A DNA stretch of 64,000 nucleotides from Octopus vulgaris (Eukaryota): NCBI GenBank assembly GCA_951406725.2, contig OX597819.1, positions 76,632,001 to 76,696,000 on the forward strand. Direction: 5' to 3'. The position numbers were made by a program, and so were the translations under genes. This document shows positions 63,720-64,000 of the stretch, one piece after another; within the stretch, counting starts at the first letter, position 1; the number at the start of each line of letters is the position of its first letter. Under the pieces are notes generated by a model, which saw only the letters and a program-made list of their open reading frames with translations, did no database searches and was not told where the DNA came from.

Positions 63720-64000
63720 GCTTATATCTATGTCTACATCATAATTCGAATAAAATATAAAAGACAATATACATCATTCTAGATATAAAACTTCAAACAA
63801 CCATATCACAGCTGCAATACAAACAAAATCAAAACGGAGACAGCATCTGCTTCTTATAGAAACCTATTAAAAGTAACCATCAACTATTTGGTTTCGTGAT
63901 CTGTACTATAAATGTCTTACGATTACTTACTCTACAGACTACCAGGTATCCGAAGGTATAACAGTTATTCTTCTACGTGCCTTTATCAAAAGGATTCGAT

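Noticed and set aside
1743-63782. Dozens of ORFs with poly-R, poly-[13 protein letters not shown], poly-N or poly-L runs
   Set aside because: They are translations of microsatellites with no domain content.

Overview
AT-rich, microsatellite-saturated eukaryotic DNA with no recognisable intact host protein-coding gene. The SINE families and the density of (TA)n/(TAA)n/(GAA)n tracts suggest an octopus or other coleoid cephalopod genome (inference from recalled repeat families, not a search). Most ORF-track entries are microsatellite artefacts. The window holds decayed mobile elements: Penelope-like elements (PLEs; two RT remnants plus a long Asn-rich, GIY-YIG endonuclease frame at 12870-14408, minus strand), CR1-type and R4/Dong-type LINE fragments, mariner/Tc1 transposons, three tRNA-derived SINE families, a HINE-like element, and a near-intact tRNA-Thr(UGU) inserted into a LINE with its own tail. 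The main signal is a set of type I hammerhead ribozyme motifs with palindromic stem III, often with very long stem II, each next to a (TA)n tract. Three of them lie co-oriented at 10.5-11.85 kb, downstream of the GIY-YIG ORF. This points to a (TA)n-targeting, ribozyme-bearing PLE/retrozyme-like system. All RNA structures were folded by eye.
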